Source: Mobula hypostoma
Taxonomy: Eukaryota
Direction: 5' to 3'
Length of the DNA: 64,000 nucleotides
Assembly: GCF_963921235.1 (NCBI RefSeq)
Contig: NC_086101.1
Coordinates: 11,410,001-11,474,000 of the forward strand
Both the position numbers and the translations under genes were made by a program. The notes beneath the pieces were generated by a model, which worked only from the letters and a program-made list of their open reading frames with translations, was not told where the DNA came from and ran no database searches. This document shows, one piece after another, positions 60,056-64,000 of this stretch. Each line of letters starts with the position of its first letter. Position 1 is the stretch's first letter.

Positions 60056-61624
60056 TGATATGTGGAGATACCAAGCCTGGTTGATGCCAGAGGTGGACGG
60101 GAACGTTCACCAGGAGTGCTGATCCCTCCTTACCCTCAATACATCCTGTAATGGTAACAGCGACCCTAGGAAAGGGACAAAGGTGGCTAGCAGCTCAGCG
60201 GAAGCTCCAGTGGAATCGTAACATAGGGTTACATGGGGATCAGGGACCTGCAGGGGAGAAGTAAAAATCCTCCGGCCTCAAGTCGACATCCCACCACTGG
60301 GGGGAGCACTAGATCCAAAATTGTCTCTCAGTGATATTGTTTTAATGGTGATGCCCTCATTAAGCCAAAGAATTTCGACTCAGAGGGAACACAACAAATC
60401 TCTTCCTGCTATATTAATCCCCAAATCAGGGTTTTGGGCCAATTGGACAGTACAGAACTGAGGGCCAAATTGGGCAATTAGTGGTTCTGTCAGGGGGTAT
60501 TCTCTCTCCTGCCCGGTTAGACAGCCGAGGTTCGCGGAGGCGGATGAGAGCCTAAATCCATGCTGGCTCAAACAGGAGATTTCAAGTGTTGAAGCTGTGG
60601 CCCCGGTCTCAACCATAAAGGGGATTTCCCTGCCCTCAACAGTCAAGCATACTATTGGCTCATCCTCAGTCAATATAGGAAGTTCAGAAGGGAGGATAGT
60701 GCTGGTGGAAAAAGGTTGTCTCCTGCCCTGGGGTCTATTTTGCTGCTGTGTCTGTGGGCCGTTCCGTTCCAAATGATCCGTGCCACCACAGTTAAAACAA
60801 CCCTGTGTTGAACTTGGTGTTGCCGAACAGGGCGGGAAGTTGTTATGATTGCGGAAAGGGGGAGAAGGGGCATAAGATGGTCCATAAAGAGGGCCATATC
60901 TATCAGCCCACCCCGGGACACAATACTGGGGTTCCATTTGATAGCCTCTGAGGGCATCAGGGCCCCTGTGACGGGACTGACGAGAAGGGCACTGTACCAT
61001 CCCATGTTTGACCTTAGCTGGCTTAGATTCTTTAATGCTATTCCAGTAATGAGTGAGCGCCCTTCTCATTCGTGGGCGGGTGTTATCCGGCCAGTCCATA
61101 TTGTTGGTCTCTGGATTGAGGCTGAGGTGGTGGGGCACTGGTAGGGGTATTAAGGTATACGGGTTGAAATGGTTGGACGGGTGGGGCACTAGACAGATTT
61201 TGCCAATCCTCCTCCTGATCATCGGTGTCATTATTTTGGAATAGCGTTGGCAGACCAGACATGTCAGGAGGTACCTCCATTTTATTCCCCTATGGTAGTT
61301 CGGCTTGGCGTTTCAACCCTGATTCCTTATTTTGTCTCTCCTTTCTTAATCTTTCCTGTTTTTCTCTATTCATATCGTAATCCTCACACTGCCGCTTCAA
61401 CACCTCCCAAGGCTTAGGGTTTCCCTCATGATCAGATGAATTAATCTCTCTCCAACGCGTGTTATTCTTCCAGCTGGCCTGCTTAGATTTATTCGTTATT
61501 TCCTCAGCAATCTTCCTCCACGTGGATATTAAAGAACCAACATGACACCCCTGTATTTTAGGAGACAAGCAGAGCCAGTATCTCTATCCTGAGTCAGATA
61601 TTTGATGTTGGGCCCATTTTATAT

Positions 61625-62320
61625 CCAGGAAATGCAGGGGAAACACAGCAGGTCAGTCAGGATCTGTGGAGAGAAACCGAGCTCGCGTTCCATGCCGATG
61701 ACCTCTCCCTGAATTGATTCAAACTGCCTGTCCTGCTGCGGATTTCAAGTTTTTATCTGTTTTGTTTTTGTTCTTCAAGCATCTGATTCAAAAAGAAATG
61801 GGAGTGCAGCCTAATTTCCTCTGGAAGGATCTCAAGAACGTATCTGATAGGAGAGGAGAGTGGACCGTCGGAGAAATCGATGTTCATACCATCAGATTAG
61901 AGGCTACACAAACGGAATATGAGGTGTTGCTCCTCCGACCTTTGTGAGTCCCCATCATGGCAGTACAGGAGGCCAAGGGTAATGAGAATGGGAAGTCGAA
62001 TTGAACTGGGCGGTCACCGGAAAATCCGACCTTTTGTGGCGGGCAAAGCGAATGTGCTCGATGAAGCGTCCTCCAATCTACGTTGGATCTTACTGATGTA
62101 GAGTGGGCCGGACCAGCGCACCAGATACAGTGGCTGACCCCGACAGTGTCGCAGATGGAGTGACGCCTCTGGGGACCTGAATGCTGGCCAGGGAGGACAT
62201 GCAGGGGCAGGTGTAGCAATTGTCCTACTTGAAGGGATAGGTGCCCGGAGGGATGAGTGGGCAAGAGATCACTTAGAGAACAGTCTCTATGGAAAGTGGG
62301 GGAAAAGATCCCCACGGGGA
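61625..62320 (-). mobile_element. Old degenerate Penelope 3' fragment
   Basis: Minus strand resembles about 9850-10345 (HRDCSL, P.GTYP, CIWC). Confidence 0.6.
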
Positions 62321-62904
62321 CTCTGATGTTCTCTCTTTGTGTAAACGCGTATGGCAGTTGGGCGGTGCGTTAGCCTAACTGTTAGAGCAACCCCTTTACA
62401 GCACAGACTGGCAGTCGAGTCCCAGGTTTCCTCCGGGCACCCTGGTTTCCTCACATATTTTAGACAGGTAAATTTAGGCTTAGTGAGACATGGGTATGGT
62501 ATTCTGGTGCTGAAAGCGTGGCGATACTTGCTGGCTGATCCCAGAACAACCCACCGACAGACTATGTCTGTCGTTGACACAGAATAACACCTTTCTATAT
62601 GTTTGTACGTGTTTCCACATGTCATGTACACGTGACAAATAGAGCTAAGTTTAAAGTTATCTTTCTCTGGTTCACTGTTCTTAATGCCCCGAATCCAAGA
62701 AACCGCGTGCTGAGTGCGGCCTAATGGCGAAACGTGGGTCCATGTTCGGCTCCATTACTTGCTGATCTCGGCAATAAAAGCTTCACGTAAGTTTGAAATC
62801 GACCAGAACAAGGGCGGAAGTCAAGCTGGTGATTAGTGCTGTCTGCCTGGGTTTGACTTCATACGAAAATAAGCATATAAGAAGCATATAAGAAGTATAA
62901 GACT

Positions 62905-64000
62905 GATATCTACTACAAGCCTACTGACTCTCACAGCTATCTGGACTATTCCTCTTCTCACCCTGTCTCTTGCAAAAACGCCATCCCCTTCTCGCAATTC
63001 CTCCGTCTCCGCCGCATCTGCTCTCAGGATGAGGCTTTTCATTCTAGGAAGAGGGAGATGTCTTCGTTTTTTAAAGAAAGGGGCTTCCCTTCCTCCACTA
63101 TCAACTCTGCTCTTAAACGCAACTCCCCCATTTCACTAATCCTAACATTATTATTAAACCCGCTGATAAGGGGGGTGCTGTTGTAGTCTGGCGTACTGAC
63201 CTCTACCTTGCCGAGGCACAGCGACAACTCGCGGATACCTCCTCTTATTTACCCCTCAATCGTGACCCCACTAAGGAGCACCAGGCCATTGTCTCCCACA
63301 CTATCAACGACTTTATCGGCTCAGGGGATCTCCCATCCACTGCTACCAACCTTATAGTTCCCACACCCCGCACTTCCCGTTTCTACCTCCTACCCAAGAT
63401 CCACAAACCTGCCTGTCCTGGCCGACCTATTGTCTCAGCTTGCTCCTGCCCCACCGAACTCGTTTCTGCATACCTCGACACTGTTTTATCACCCCTTGTT
63501 CAATCCCTTCCGACCTATGTTCGTGACACTTCTCACGCTCTTAAACTTTTCGATGATTTTAAGTTCCCTGGCCCCCACCGCTTTATTTTCACCTTGGATG
63601 TCCAGTCCCTATATACTTCCATCCCCCATCAGGAAGGTCTCAAAGCTCTACGCTTCTTTTTGGATTCCAGACCTAATCAGTTCCCCTCTACCACCACTCT
63701 GCTCCGTCTAGCAGAATTAGTCCTTACTCTTAATAATTTCTCCTTTTGCTCCTCCCATTTCCTCCAAACTAAAGGTGTAGCTATGGGCACCCGTATGGGT
63801 CCTAGCTATGCCTGCCTTTTTGTTGGGTTTGTGGAACAATCTATGTTCCGTGCCTATTCTGGTATCTGTCCCCCACTTTTCCTTCGCTACATCGACGACT
63901 GCATTGGCGCTGCTTCCTGCACGCATGCAGAACTCGTTAACTTTATTAACTTTGCCTCCAACTTTCACCCTGCCCTCAAGTTTACCTGGTCCATTTCTGA
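62905..64000 (+). mobile_element. Penelope-like element RT region (runs off the window), preceded by a displaced downstream fragment
   Basis: 63138-64000 reads IKPADKGGAVVV...FYLLPKIHK...GRPIVS...YIDD and is near-identical to 8315-8850 where they overlap; 62905-63135 matches about 8912-9143. Confidence 0.9.

Larger units (their letters stand above)
55205..61620 (-). mobile_element. Defective epsilon-like ERV (ERV-B): partial gag, protease, 2H-like module, RT, RNase H, start of integrase; no LTRs seen
   Basis: Gag MG start at 61617, knuckle CFNCGGTDH; PR FMVETGA and IAGRDLL; RT PQYPL...SPCNTPILPVPK...WRLVQDLR, QYTWTRLP.GF, QHVDDLL, FLGLVNYCRQW; RNase H LFVDGSS, SAQKAEL, NIYTDSQYAFG, GNARAD; IN HTDTHLG. 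Confidence 0.92.

Overview
Eukaryotic, repeat-dense vertebrate DNA. The repeat set (HER1-like CR1 LINEs, V-SINEs, Penelope, Rex1-like, Tx1) suggests a cartilaginous fish, probably a ray; this is an inference. The window is part of a tandem TRIM cluster. One apparently intact six-exon RING/B-box/coiled-coil/B30.2 gene lies on + at 32427-54495 (1416 nt CDS, 471 aa, all introns GT-AG and in phase). Upstream, the terminal B30.2 exon of a paralogue carries one nonsense codon (15337-15869); shared intronic transposon fossils show the two arose by segmental duplication. The rest is nested retroelements. Main points: (i) an epsilon-like ERV whose pol carries a two-HxT (2H phosphoesterase-like) module between protease and RT; (ii) a second, RT-less ERV present as a provirus in one TRIM duplicate and as a solo LTR in the other; (iii) a two-LTR Gypsy derivative with only 165 bp of internal sequence and a perfect 13-nt self-priming PBS; (iv) Penelope elements with minimal hammerhead ribozyme motifs, including a hairpin mini-insertion; (v) two CR1 3' stubs with the same 5' breakpoint. 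Family names come from motif recognition by eye; no database search was run.
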